Shown in pieces: positions 1 to 13,293 of a stretch of DNA of 55,540 nt. The DNA comes from Dimargaris cristalligena (taxonomy: Eukaryota). Location: the NCBI GenBank assembly GCA_003614675.1, contig ML002258.1, positions 1 to 55,540 on the forward strand. The letters run 5' to 3'. Position numbers and translations under genes: made by a program. The notes below the pieces were generated by a model that saw only the letters and a list, made by a program, of their open reading frames with translations, had not been told where the DNA came from and did not search any database. Numbering within the stretch: position 1 is the stretch's first letter; each line of letters starts with the position of its first letter.

Positions 1-200
1 GGAAGTTAATAGATTACAATATGGTTTGGAAAAGATGGGTTCATAGTGGGGTAAAAATAAAAGGCGATATTCGCATTATTAAATGCCAAATGGCAGACGT
101 CCCTGATTAAAATAGAAGTAAGAGAACTGGCGGGGAACTCGAAATATATATTTATATCGACATTTAAATTTATAAAGAAAGCAACAAAAAAATATCTACA

Positions 201-987
201 CTAACGATCACCCTGTTGGGTATAGTGGGAAATATCTTGGTGATAATTTTGGATTTCTTTGGTAAGGTGTTTGTCGAGGACCTCTCGAACCAAGTGCACA
301 CTGGTCTGGAGATCCGCCACCTGCGTCTCGAGTCGCTCGTTAGCCGTCGTTTGACGTTGCATTTCCTCCCGCAATGCGACATTATCCTGTTCCAACTGGG
401 CTAACGTGTCATCGACGAGGTTTTTACGGTCGCGGGCGGCCAAACGGGAACGTTGGTTTTCGAATAAAATGACACTGCCCGCCACACTAAAAATGATGGC
501 CTCGCTTAGGAAATTGGCGCCCGTTTCGATGGCTTTGGCATCGTTGAGGGGTCGGATGTGGTCCTGTTTATAGCCAAAGAACCGCATTTTAAGGTTCATT
601 TCCACCCGGTGGCCGGTTTGCGCTAAACTAATGCATACTTTACGGAAATTGGGGTGGCTTTTGGCCTGGGATTTGATGGAGTTGGCGACTAGTCAAGGGA
701 TGGCGGGAGGTAGTAGTAGTAGCGGTGGTGGTGGTTGTGGTTCGAATTGTAGTTGTGGCTGTTAATTTATGCAATAACGTGGTAAACACCTCGAGCACCG
801 GTCAGTACGTCCGAGGGTCAGGAATAATAAGGTCCTAGGAAATAGACTGTGGAGGAGGGTGAGGAAGAAGTACAGCCTGAGCAGTGGATGGGGCCGATTC
901 AAGCGGGACGGTGGAGGTAGTAGAGGGGTACTTACTCGGTTTGGCAATGGTCCGAATCAGCAGTGACGCGAATTTTATAGTGCTCAT
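201..987 (-). CDS. OPA3: OPA3-like mitochondrial protein, 2 exons (987-936, 688-201), 179 aa
   Basis: Spliced translation MSTIKFASLLIRTIAKP|IANSIKSQAKSHPNFRKVCISLAQTGHRVEM...IRPLNDAKAIETGANFLSEAIIFSVAG is the OPA3 family signature. The intron (GTAAGT donor at 935, TAG acceptor ending 689) keeps frame. C-terminus is coiled-coil-like. Confidence 0.93.
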
Positions 988-2319
988 GGTCAGTATAGAG
1001 GTATAAAAAAAGTCGTAGATACGTTGGTTGCCTGGGCTTAAGGCTCTAGGGTTCAAGGAACTCAAACAGGGTCAGCGGATGGGCCAATGCAACGGGTTCG
1101 CGAATTCGCTATAAGTAGTAGGCGGATAAACGGTGGATAAGGTGAGAGAATATAGCTGAGGAAAAGTCCTATTGAATGCACTAGGGTCAGACTTGAGGGA
1201 CCAGCCAGGTCTGCTCACCCTTATTGCTATTGGGCCATTATTGGGCGGAGTATACTTGTGGGTTGTGTATGCGTCAGTTCATTGCGTTAGTTACGACGGG
1301 GTATATGGGACTTGTGGCGCAGCCCGTACCTCCAATTTGGCAGCGTCTTTCCAGGTCAGCATATAGGGTATTAGAAGCACCAGTTAATTATCCCCTAGTA
1401 ACAGGAGCTGGAATTGGCAGTGTGGCAGTGGTGGGTTATTATGGATAGGCCTCGTCATCCTGGAGATATATCAGGTCAGCCGCTGGGGATTAGGTGTCAC
1501 GTGATTTGAGTCCAATGACCTGCTGAGGTAGGTATTTCCCCAACCAACCAAGTCACGCTGACTTGGCGGGATAGAATGGGGGAGGGACATCCTCACCCAA
1601 TACTTCTCTACATGCCACCGTTATTATCTCCATGGAGCTATGAATTGTAGAAAAGAAGCCACATAGTGGTTATTATGGTATAGCAGATATAATAGATACA
1701 CCCAAATAAAATAGTCTCTAGCTGAGATCTCGACATAGCAAAGCTGTTCAGTGGGCCTTGCACACCACAGTACGCTTGAAGGAGGTGTTGAATTGGCCAG
1801 GTGTTGCTATACTCGTATAGAAAACATCGGAATAAGCAAAGTATTAGTAAATCTAATGGCTAGGGACAAAGCCCAAAACGCTTCACGCGCGGGTGAGGAT
1901 GTGGATAGTTCATTAAATAGGAGCATGAAGGGCCAAGAAGAAGTAGTAGATTGCGTACATATAGGCCAATCGACGAGTCCTCCCAAGGGATTGTAGAGAA
2001 CACCTGTTGTATAGTGTAGTGGTTTCCCCAAACCCAAACCCAGACCCAACCATCACTATCATACTGACTATGCGGGAGCCAGTAGGAGAGGAGAGTAATA
2101 GTATAGTCCCTTCCTCCCCACTTTCTGCTAGGCAGTTGAATCTGCCCCACCAGCCCTCTCACTCTCTCCCCTCACCTCTCTCATACCAAACGACTTTGAT
2201 CTTGCTCTATTTGGTAGTTGTCCTTCTATCTTGAATTGCGCCGATCTTGCCGCTCATCTAGTCGTTTCCTTACTTATATATTTTCTCGTTTCCCTTGTGT
2301 GGCTCTCATTACCCGCAAT

Positions 2320-2622
2320 GTAAGTCCCCGAGAAGCGGCGACCCTCTTCTACTTGCTCGATTCATCAAAAACAACTCCAGCCTGTCTCGAACCCTCTGGA
2401 TTCCAAGCCGGAGCCGTACGGGGAACCCTTCCCCTTCGAATCTCACACAGGGAGGGTGGTGGTAATTCCCCCGCCCGTCGATTGAAGATTCAATCTGTTT
2501 GACTTATAGTCTATTAGACAGGAGAGAAGAACTGACCAAGTTGACTAAACCTGACTGCATATATGCCTGCTTGCCCTTTTTTTTTTCTATACAACCTCAC
2601 CCGACCGCAAATCCCCTTGTAG
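2320..2622 (+). other. Probable 5'-UTR intron of ATP3
   Basis: AAT|GTAAGT donor at 2320, pyrimidine tract and TGTAG| acceptor ending at 2622, one base before the ATG at 2624. Confidence 0.6.
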
Positions 2623-2623
2623 C

Positions 2624-3881
2624 ATGTCTTCCGCTCTTACTACTGGCCGCAGCCTCATGGCCGCCATTCCCCAGGCCTCCGTGAAGTAGGTCCAGCTATA
2701 TATATATATATATATTATTCGGTTTATATTAGGTTCATTATAACCGGTACTGGGTCACCCCCCCCCCCCCCGCGCGCGCACTATAACATATGTTAAATAG
2801 ATTGGGGCACCGTATACTAACAGTCTTTATTCGACACCACCTCTCGTCTAATTATCTACCCTCTTCACACCACCATCAGTGCCCAACAGGCCCGTAACAT
2901 GGCTACCCTTCGTGAAGGTAAGTATATTATTGATTACAATTCCCCCCTATATATTCCAATATGCGATAAATTAACCCGAATCACCACTATATTCACGACT
3001 GGACCCAATACCCTCTCGGCCGGCCACTCACCCACACTATGATTTATCTTGATACCCCCCCCACACACGTCTACAACCACACCCTGGCCTACCCAGTGCA
3101 AATGCGCCTCAAGTCTATTTCCAACATCTCCAAGATTACCAAGTCCATGAAGATGATTTCCTCCACCAAGATGGCCCGTGCTCAGAAGAGTATGACCCAG
3201 GCCCGCCAGTGGGGTTTGACTTCCCAGGCCTTCGTGGATAACGCCGAAGTGGCCCCTGACGCCGCCCAGAAGACCCTGTACCTGACCGTCTCGTCCGACA
3301 GCGGTCTGTGCGGTGGTATCCACAGCAGCGTCTCCAAGCGGACCAAGAAGGCCCTCGCGGAGGACCCCGAAGCCGGTTTGATGATCATCGGTGACAAGGC
3401 CAAGGCCCAACTGCAGCGTGTGTACCGCGACCGCATTTCCATGTCCTTCAGCCAAGTGGGTAAGAATGTCCCCAGTTTTGCCGAATCCTGCGCCATCACT
3501 GACTGCATCCAGGCCCAGAACACCGAGTTCGACCAGATCAACATCGTCTACAACCACTTCAACTCGGTCATTTCGTACGAGTCCCGCATCATCCCCGTGT
3601 ACACCGAAAGCGCCCTGGTTTCGGCCTCCAAGTTCTCCGCCTACGAAGTTGAAGACGACACTCTATCCAACCTTCAGGAGTTCCTGATGGCCAACTCCAT
3701 CCACTGGGCCCTGGTCGAAGGTCACGCTTCCGAAATGGCCGCTAAACGTACCGCTATGGAAAACGCTACCAAGAATGCCACGGACATGATCGACCGACTG
3801 ACCATGATTTACAACCGTGGTCGCCAGGCCGTCATTACCAACGAGCTGGTGGAAATTATCACTGGTGCTTCTGCCCTTTAA
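2624..3881 (+). CDS. ATP3: Mitochondrial F1 ATP synthase gamma subunit, 3 coding exons (2624-2685, 2880-2917, 3097-3881)
   Basis: Presequence followed by MATLREVQMRLKSISNISKITKSMKMISSTK, SSDSGLCGGIHS and C-terminal YNRGRQAVITNELVEIITGASAL. Both GT-AG introns are phase-consistent. Confidence 0.97.
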
Positions 3882-6800
3882 ATCGGAACATTGGGTACTT
3901 GGAGGGTGGGCTTTTGCTTTGAAGGTTTCTTTTTATTCGAAATGTCGAAGGAGAGGGGGTGAGAGAGGGTTTAAAGCAGCAATTATCTCTCGTATAGACC
4001 CACTACACCCCAAACCCTAGGATGAATAGATCATATCCACCACCAGTGGGTTGATCTTGTTGCCCTTTTCTTTCGCGCCCCCCCCCCCCCCCACCCGTAT
4101 AAGTTTTCTGACATTTGTTCATTTCCTCAGAGTACTATTTTGGACAATGTCCGTATTCTATCCTAGAAATTCAACAGGGCCATCGGATTATTTTATTTAT
4201 ATGCAACCGTTAGTAAAATCAGGATCTAACTGTGTGATGGTCAATGTCATTTTGGGGAAAACAACTTGGTTATTCGATGTAATGCATTGCAGATTATGGG
4301 AAGTCGAGTCCCAGGATCGATGGTTGTGATACTTCGGCCTACATAGGGTGGCATGGTGGGGGGGGACATATATATAAACCGACACATTTGTGCGTGTATA
4401 TGTGGGTGTGATGGTGTATCCTCAACCCAGTCAATGACGACACTAATGCTTGATGGGTATCAAATGTAACTAGGGAATGCTCCAGACTAGGCATTAAGTA
4501 GATGAAATTTCCCTCATTTTAACCTACTACTTCCCTCACTCCATGGTTCGAAGGATGGGAATGCTTTGCTATTCCAATACCAGGAGTTGGGGAGCATACT
4601 CATACCCATGCTCTTCCGCGTTCCCATCTATCCAGATCCTTGTGTATTTCTGTCAGTAGCACGTTCTCGGATGATTATTTCCTGCAATGCTGAATAAAAC
4701 CGGATGTGACTAGAATTGGGTTTATACGCAAGGTTAGGCGCATTCCGTTTAGGCCCATGGCCCTTCCCATTGTCCGCTTGACCTCACAGTGGCCATGGGT
4801 TCACTACTGCTAGTCCACACACTCTAGGGAGGGTGAAGATGGTGCTGCAACATTTACTAATACACTCATCACAATGGAACGTATATAAAAAGGAAGTCCC
4901 TTGGGTTTGATTGCTTAGGGGGAGAGAGAGAGTGTGTGTGTGTGTTGAAAAAGGATGAGTATGGTGAGGTGGGTGTATGGGTTAGGTGGTATTGGGTTTT
5001 TGGGGGACCCTGGTTAGACATGGATTCAGTTTGGTTTACTGCCCTGTGGGGCAATGTGTGAGATGCGGACTACGGCCGATTATTAGAGTAGGGTAGCGTA
5101 GAGTAGGTTAGGTTAGGGAGTAGGGAGGTGGGGGCAATGATTAGGCCAAGTCGGCTTGTTCACCGACTTCAGTATAAAGAAGTTCAATGTGAGAAAGGGA
5201 GAGGTGTGTGTGTGAGTAAGTGAGTAAGAAGAATCATTAGTTAAAGGGCAAGGGATGTAAGGATCTAAGGGGTTTCCCAGTCGGCTGAATGGGCAGCCAA
5301 GCGAGTGGGTCGCCGGTGAGTGCGGGGGGGGGGGAGAAAGTAGGTATTAGAATGATTAGGGAGAGTAGGGCGACAGGGCCAGTTGATGATTCTGTCTGGC
5401 ATCCGCCACTATCACGTTGGCCGAGTGTCCCTGATTAGAGCGGATTATTAGAGGAATCGCTGCTAGTAGAGCTACACACATTCACTACCTGGGGTGGTGT
5501 CCTTTCGGTCTCTCCGCCCCCTTGGTCCATTTTCTCCGGAAAGGCAAACTGGCCGATCGGCTGGGCTAGTGGTGGGAGGAGCCAGCTAGTTTAACTGGTG
5601 GTAATGAATACTGTACTATGATGCTCTCTGAACGGTCTGAGTCTCATCAACAGAATTAATAGGGAATATTGCACTAATAGAGTTGAATGGCTCTCCTTTC
5701 TTGATGCATTCCATACTGTAGTTAAGAGTGAAGAGATACACGAATGGCTTAGGACCTGGTGGGTAGAAACGGGAATTTCTCGGGTACAGAAATATGGGCC
5801 AGGGTATAGAGCCTGAGAAGATGTCAAGGCACGTGCTTGGTGTGTCACCCATACCCATAAATGGGGGATTTGGGAGGTACACAATGGCATATAACTGGAG
5901 CAGAGGGTTCACAAGATTTTTCGGAACGGAGACCGGGGGAATACTTGGCCGAATCAATTAGCGTGGCGCTGGTTTGTAGAGCAATGTTCATATAATATAT
6001 ATATATATATAACTAATTTACTAGAGACGATCCGGCTTAATAATGGATGCCTGGCCAGTAGCATATCAACGTCCCGCCTAATTCAGGAATGTATGGGAAG
6101 TCCTGATGAAAGGACTCAGAGGCAGGAGAATTAAGAGGGCGGGCTATGATTGGGTGGGAGGGATTGCCCATGTTTTGAAAAAAGCGGCCAATGTCACGGC
6201 GATAGACACCGTAATCCTATAGCCCTTCTGAAGGCAAAGGGGAGCAGCAGTGTCTTCTTTATAAACCTAGGCAGTCGCGCTGCCGCGGGCGTCCGTTGCT
6301 TGTCTTTGAGTTGTTGGCGGGACTTCTTCACTCTTCTCTTACTTCTTGTCTATATCCCTTTTTTATATTCTCCGTTGACCTTGTATAAGGCAACTCCCCA
6401 CCCGCGCCTCCTTCTCCTCCTCCTTGTCCTTCTTTATAGTCACCTCCTTCTTGTAACGACTGTCCTTCTCAGTGCCCAACTCCCGTTCGCGCTCTCTTCC
6501 TCCTTCGAATCCACGTCGTTGGCGACGGATATCCGCCAGTCTGGATCCACTTGCTTTGTAGTGCAACGAGCCAACCCCAACTCTGTTCAACCCCATTTTT
6601 GTTTCACAGGTGTGTTGTCGTGTCTCTGTTAGTCATCCTGCGAGCTGCGCCGGTCCACCTCTTCTCTTCCTTGCCTTCCTTCCTTCCCACCCACTGGTGG
6701 TTTTCTTCCCCTGGTCTATAATATCACCTCGTATCTTCAGTGACTGGTCCGTCTCCCCTGAACACTCGCGCCCCTTTCTCCCGTCATTTTCCAACTCCGC

Positions 6801-6924
6801 CGCCCGTGTCCGCTTCGACTGCACGTTGGCCGAATACTATCACCCTGGCCTTTGACCGTCACCGATAACACCATTCCTGGGTCAACCCCTTCACCCAATA
6901 CTGGTCTGTATCCCCGCATTCACC

Positions 6925-9041
6925 ATGTTTCACGCTCCTAAGGTAATTGGATCATCCATCTTCTATAGGTACTCTTGGGGGACATGTCCCCTAGGGCGTA
7001 CCCTCAGAATACGGTTCTGTCGTGAAGACCTTCTGTTTTTCATTAAGATCATACTTTCAGATACCCAATGGTATCTCGTTGATCCCTGAAGTTTAAAGCC
7101 AATCTTTCTTTTCTATCGATGCCATGACTGCTTCGCATTAATCGAATGAATCATGTCTTTGTGCTGGTTGTTCCGCCCCTGCGCCGATCTCCTTCGTGAA
7201 ACCATTGGTTTTCCCACCCGTGATATTTCGAACCATCCAGTATACCTTATATTAACTTAGTGCGTCTTTCTCCCACTTTCAAAAAATCATCTCGACTCAC
7301 CTTTCTACTCCCCTATTTATCTTACTAGTCCGTCGTCGTACCTCATACTCGAACCATCGGAATGCGCAAGGCTAATGCCATCTCGGCCGATGAAAACGAA
7401 GTCCCCAAGGGCTTGGCCGCTACCACTGCCACCGGTAAACTCATCAAGGCTGCATCGGGTACCGGCAACACCATTCCATCCGGCCATACACATTCTCTCA
7501 AGGCCAACTCCACAGGGGCCCCGAAGCCCCTGGTCAAACGTTCCAATTCCGCCCTGGTCACCAAACCCCTAGGTGCCCGTCGTAATAGCAATGTCATTGA
7601 CAAGGACGAAGCCGCCACCGACAAGCCTTCCCTGCGGGGCGTCCGCCAACGGTCGTCGTCGTCTAGCCTGGTAACCGGGGCCCGACCCCAGGGTGCCTTA
7701 CGGTGTAAGTTGAATGGGGCCGGTCCGAATAGTGCTGCCAGCGGTAATGTGTCGTTGCGTGGCGGAGGAGGACCGCGGAAAGTACCCGGAGAGGGGGGTG
7801 TTCGGAAGCGCAGCTCGTCCGCTATGCTGTCCTCGTCGCTACCCATCTCTCGGCCCGGTTTGCGCTCAAAGGGCTCGTCTGCTTCGCTCTCAGCCGTTGA
7901 TATTCGGTCGGCTGTGGTAGCCGTGGGTCCTTCCAACGTGATTGTATTGGACACCATTCCCACAACCTCCACCACAGCCGCCCCCACTCTCTCGAAGGCC
8001 ACCCCTATCGCCCAACCCCTTCGTCGCCTGGACAGTGATGCTACGGCGGTCGATGACAATGAGTCAGCTGCTACTACTCGCAAAATGGAGCTGGATGGGC
8101 GTAAGGAAGATAGTTATCGGGACGCCGAAGACACGGAATCGGAGAGTTGTCCCGGCGACACCAATTCGTCCACCGAACTCCCCCTCAAATCAATTTCGAC
8201 TGACCCCACTTCCTTGGAGTACATCATGGCCAATTACCAAGAGGATCTGGATATGTTTGACACGACTATGGTGCCCGAATACGCCAACGAGATTTTCACC
8301 TACATGCACAAGCTAGAGCTCCGGATGTTGCCCGCCGGCGACTATATGGATCGCCAAAAGGAGCTGGAATGGAGCATGCGGGGCATACTTATCGATTGGT
8401 TGGTGCAGGTCCACATGCGCTTCCGCCTCCTCCCCGAAACCCTCTTCCTGTGCGTCAACTACATTGACCGCTTCCTTACCCGCAAAGTGGTGTCGCTCGA
8501 GAAACTCCAACTGGTTGGTACGACCGCCCTCCTGATCGCCTCCAAATTCGAGGAAGTTCAGGTGCCCTCCGTCTCCGACTTTGTGTACATGGTCGACCAC
8601 GCCTACACGGTGGACGAAGTCCTCAAAGCCGAGCGATTCATGGTTAGTCTGTTGGACTTTGATCTGGCCTTCCCGGGACCTATGAGTTTCCTGCGCCGCA
8701 TTTCCAAAGCCGACGACTACGATATTCAAACGCGTACTTTGGCCAAGTACCTAATCGAAGTCACCATTATGGACGAGAAGTTCCTCCCGTTCCCCATATC
8801 GCACACCGCCGCCGCCGGGCATTATCTGGCCCGTAAAATGCTCAGTAAGGGCAGTTGGACCGACGCCCATGTATATTATTCCGGTTTCACCGAACCCATG
8901 TTACAAGATGCCGCCCAGCTACTGCTACGGGCCTTGGCCCAGCCCAAGGGACACAATGCAATTTACGAGAAATACACCGACCGTAAATTCATGAAGGCAT
9001 CCTTGTTTGTGCAGCAGTGGTTGGCGAGTCACCCCGTCTAA
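6925..9041 (+). CDS. B-type (G2/M) cyclin, 2 exons (6925-6942, 7329-9041)
   Basis: Cyclin box MRGILIDWLVQVHMRFRLLPETLFLCVNYIDRFL...KLQLVG...IASKFEE and PGPMSFLRRISKADDYD (Clb3/4-Cig-like). Micro-exon ATGTTTCACGCTCCTAAG|GTAATT splices in frame to TAG|TCC at 7329. Long low-complexity N-terminus. Confidence 0.93.
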
Positions 9042-12000
9042 TCTTTATCACACACACCCTTCTCTTTCTCTCTCCTATACCCCAATTATTATTATTATTA
9101 TTATTTTCCGTTCATTTTAAAACAGGTTCCTATTTTTATATATATACTAATATTCGATTATCACATCTATACTTCCCTTTCACCAAATTCTTTATACTTC
9201 GTTTTTATGTATTATTGCGTCCATGGTTTAGATTCCCATCTCTCCCCTCCATCCATTCATACCCCTATCCTGGGATTTTTCTACCACCTTTACCCAACTA
9301 GTCTAACTTTTTAACTGGCTTATTCATTCATTTATTTCTATTAATATTGTTTTTTCAGGTCAACGATGTTTGATTATGCTGAGATTCCCCGCGCCCTCTT
9401 GCCCACCATCTCACCCATTCCTTTAGCCATACATTTTCATCAAAGTATTGACAAGTGCTATCCTCCTATCCACTTTAAACGGGAAAGTACACCTGATTTT
9501 CACATTTAGCTTGCATCCATCTCCCTAACATATACCTTTTTTTTATTTTATTTTTTTAAGACTCTTCAGCCCAAAGCTAATAATGAATCCTTCTTGGAAT
9601 ATTGTTGAAGTATTTAAATTATTGTGGTCGAACTTAATGTCGCACGACAATAGGGCTAGATAACCTCATATCAGTACCAGTTGGAGCAATGGCAGCCCAG
9701 TGGTAAACTTGAGATCTCCAGGAAAAACTCGCCCTTGGCGGGGACGAATCTTGTCTAGATTTCAGACAGGGACAACTAGGCAACCGGAGATCACTTAGGG
9801 ATCCTTCTAGTACGCGGCGGATAGGGCTTAATGAATGGGCTTAGGCCAAGTGGCAACGCCGATAAGATACTACCTGGGGCCAGGGAAAAACCAATAGAAA
9901 AATGTAATGTTGTAAAATTGCTTGCCTTTATTGGGAGAATACCTAGTGAGTATTTATAGAAAACTGGGCAGTAAATAAGAACATAAACATAGTGACCTAC
10001 TTGTGCCACTGTCGTACTGGAATACCCAATAAACAGTTATGAATAATGAAGATAGATAATTAGAAGGATGTACGAAATAATGAAGGTTGCCAATGATGGC
10101 GGGTTGGGGATATGCCCCGAGCTTCTATAGCTAAAAAGCTCTCCTAATAGAATAATGCATATTGGAAATTGGGCCCAGACCACCGAAGTGCCAGTCTGGG
10201 TGGGAAGGGTGAAGATCGACGACCTCCAGCTGGGGTCTTCACCGTTTCCAGAACTAAAATAATTTGGTTGGGGTATACTTTTAAGGTTTACGCAGACCTG
10301 GCCACAGCACCGGTCTAAGTCGGGACTCCTAGAATATGCAGTCTTAATCAGGGCTGACCTCTCATTTTGACCAGTGTTAAATGGTTGGATCCATCTACAT
10401 TGCCTTTTCTTTTGTATCAGTTCAGGTATAAAGTTAGACCCAAGGGCTCTTTCCAATTGAAGGAGGGCCCCACAGAAGATACACACGCATGGTCATTGCT
10501 GAAAAATCTGTCACTGGCTTGTGGGGAACTAAACTTATCAATATACTTTAAATTGATACATTTGAAGATGAGAGTATTGGAACCATTTGGGTGTGAAATG
10601 GACAACGGCTGAAAATACATCAATGGGTCAGTGGTTACGTGCTCAAAATTAAAAGGTGTATCATTGGTTCGTCCATAAATTCACGAAAAAAATATTCAAA
10701 AGCACCTTCTCCCGAGTGCCCCTCTCTACTCTGGTTTCACCTATGCCATTAAATCCAGACCTCTTATTTGTCAGTGGCATCTTAGTAGGTTAACCTTTGG
10801 AGATTCCAGTATTGTCCCCGCGGTTCATTCTGTTGTCAATCCTATATGCTAAAATCATTTTTTGCATACTCGTAATAGCGTCATTGAGAGAACCTGTAGC
10901 TATTAACTCCAATATTAATATAAAAATATAATAAGAAGTGGTGTATTTTGGGTGGTGTTCTACCAGAAGCCATCTAGCAGGCAATAATAGCCAGGATGGG
11001 TGGTCGTACAGTGAAGATGGGATGCAGAACATAATGGTGTGAAGCGTAATACTCCCGGTTGGATATGTATATTGCGGCTATCGAGTATGTCAGATATAGA
11101 TTTATAAAGTGGTGAGTACTGGCTGGGTCACAGGACTTACATTATAATGTAAATTCCGTATAGATAGAGATCTCTGGGGTTCCAATTCAAACAGCTGCAG
11201 TACCACTGGCTCTTTTTCTTACATGTCCCAAATAAGGGCGTAGTGCCTTAGTGGTGTATTTACAAACACTACTATCAATCAGTGGATATGCCAATAATTC
11301 TTTATTATTTCAAACCCTCCCCCCCCACTCAATGAGCATTGCGACTAATTGAACCGAGGTAATTGATATATTATCTTAGTGGATTACAGCTCACCTACCT
11401 ACAGGTATGAATTTTTGAAACAGGCCCACGTATATGGTGTTACCCTTCTGGAATGAACATTTAATGTACCAGAGTCCACTTGATCTTTTAAATAAAGAAC
11501 ACTACCGTCCAAGTGGCGTGGGTGATTTTTTATATATATTTCCAGTGAATTTAATTGGAACGGCTTCGTCCCACTCTTTGGGTCATCCGTCTAAAGCCCG
11601 GCGAGAAGGCTTAACAAGCCGAGGCTGTGGGAAGCGGAAGAATAACTAAGCCATAACCTTAGAAAAATAATGTACCGTAAAACTCATTTTCCAATTAGGG
11701 GCGAATGGTTAGCCGGTTTCTGGAATGATTTTGTGGTGAAAAAATCCGAATTGGTGGCGGGAAACATTTAAAGTAGATCATACCCTCGCTAAATAGTAGG
11801 AACTACTTCGCATGTACTTAGTTACTTTCAAGGTCGGATAGCCTGTCTTATTAGTAAACTGTACCAATTTTCCGGGAACCGTAATAACCCCTTCAGGATT
11901 TCTGCGGGTTGGAAGTTGTAATTCCATTATTTAACGAAGGAGAATTCCCACCAATCATTTTGAGCTATAGGGATATTACAGTTACACGAGCGGACCACCG

Positions 12001-12751
12001 GTGGATGCTGGATTTGTGAATTAGAGCACCGAAAATTTATGGGCACAGCCACCGCCACTACCAATGCCTAGTTCAAAATCAGGTACCCGCTGATACTGCA
12101 GTTAAGACGGTTATAGAGCCAACATTCACAAACCATTCGGAACATTCATTGAACAGCAAATGCCACAGTACCCTTCCTCTCTTTGGTCCCACCGGGACAA
12201 GAGTTTATACATACATATATATATATATATAGTGCCGACCTCTGCCCTATGATTCTCCATTACCCATTCTTCATCTCCGCAAATCAACATTCCTTGTTAA
12301 TCGCTCGGTCCATCTATAGCGTGTCTATTTGATCCCATCAACCACCTGAGCTATCCTCTCCGTTATATCAACCAACACGGCCCACAAATACTGCAATCAG
12401 CTACCTCAATTCCGTACACTTGGTATTTCTCTCCCCCAACCCTTAGCCAAAAATACGACCCATACTGACACCACATTACCATGCTGTCCTGGCTATTCTT
12501 AACTTGGTGGTAGGTGTCCATAATGAGTGGCGCTACTGGAATATGAGGTTAGTGGATCAATCCATCAATGGTCAAGTCCGAGCTCTTCATCAAACTTGCC
12601 CACACTCCAACTGCACTTGACACACCCACTTGCCAGCCTTACCATTTCTGATGCTTTACTATATACTACATCCTTAATATAATCATTAGTCCTATATTTT
12701 ACATAGTTGTACAGTCTAGAAATATTAATCATAATAAATCAACTTGATCTT

Positions 12752-13293
12752 TATTGCCTAAGTTAACTACTCTTAGTCCATCAAGAGTCCCAAGGATAGG
12801 CTTCTAACAGTAGGTGGGGCTTAGACTTAGCTAAGTAGGCTACTATTATCAGGTATAGGGCATAGTACTAACTAATAAAGGCTATGTAGTAGGCATATTT
12901 ACTAGTCAGTATAAGGGGAGTAAGTGTATATAGAGTTTATTAGGGGTAAACTAAGGGAATGAATAAGTTAAGGAATTTAGCTAGTCCTAAAGGGGTCTAG
13001 TTATATATACATAAGGACACTCCAGAGTGAGGTCCCAAGGGAAGGATACTACTAAAACTATAGGATAGATGAATAGGCTAACCAGAAGACTTGGAGGGTA
13101 ACTGGAAGAGTCTAATGGATCAGTACTGGGAGTGAGTAGTGCAAATGGGCAGGTTCTGGCTGGGGGGAGGTTATATGATATGTGATGATCCCATGGTACC
13201 AGGGGTAACTATGGGAAGGTTAATATGGTACTATAAGGCCTACTTAGTCAGATATCTAAGCCAGCTAATTTCACCAGATTAGAAGGTCTGACA
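12752..13293 (-). mobile_element. Solo LTR-like repeat, copy 1 (heavily C->T mutated)
   Basis: Alignable over most of its length to 19337-19920. On the minus strand it starts TGTCAGACC and ends CAATA, decayed from ...AACA. Internal TATATA followed by AATAAA. No CpG. No adjacent PBS/PPT or clear TSD. Confidence 0.75.

Noticed and set aside
3039-3096. ORF-track N-termini of ATP3 (also the track starts for DED1 40353, CAP1 17502, UPS1 42614 and cyclin 7362)
   Set aside because: These starts lie in introns or UTRs, or are internal codons. The spliced models give the family-typical N-termini.
4400-6000. Purine/GT-rich, partly CpG-poor stretch with short ORFs (possible TE relic)
   Set aside because: No second copy in the window, no clear termini and no TE protein motif.
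9700-11050. Several 70-150-aa ORFs downstream of the cyclin
   Set aside because: No recognisable domain or consistent exon chain in any frame. Possibly a decayed gene, but unsupported.
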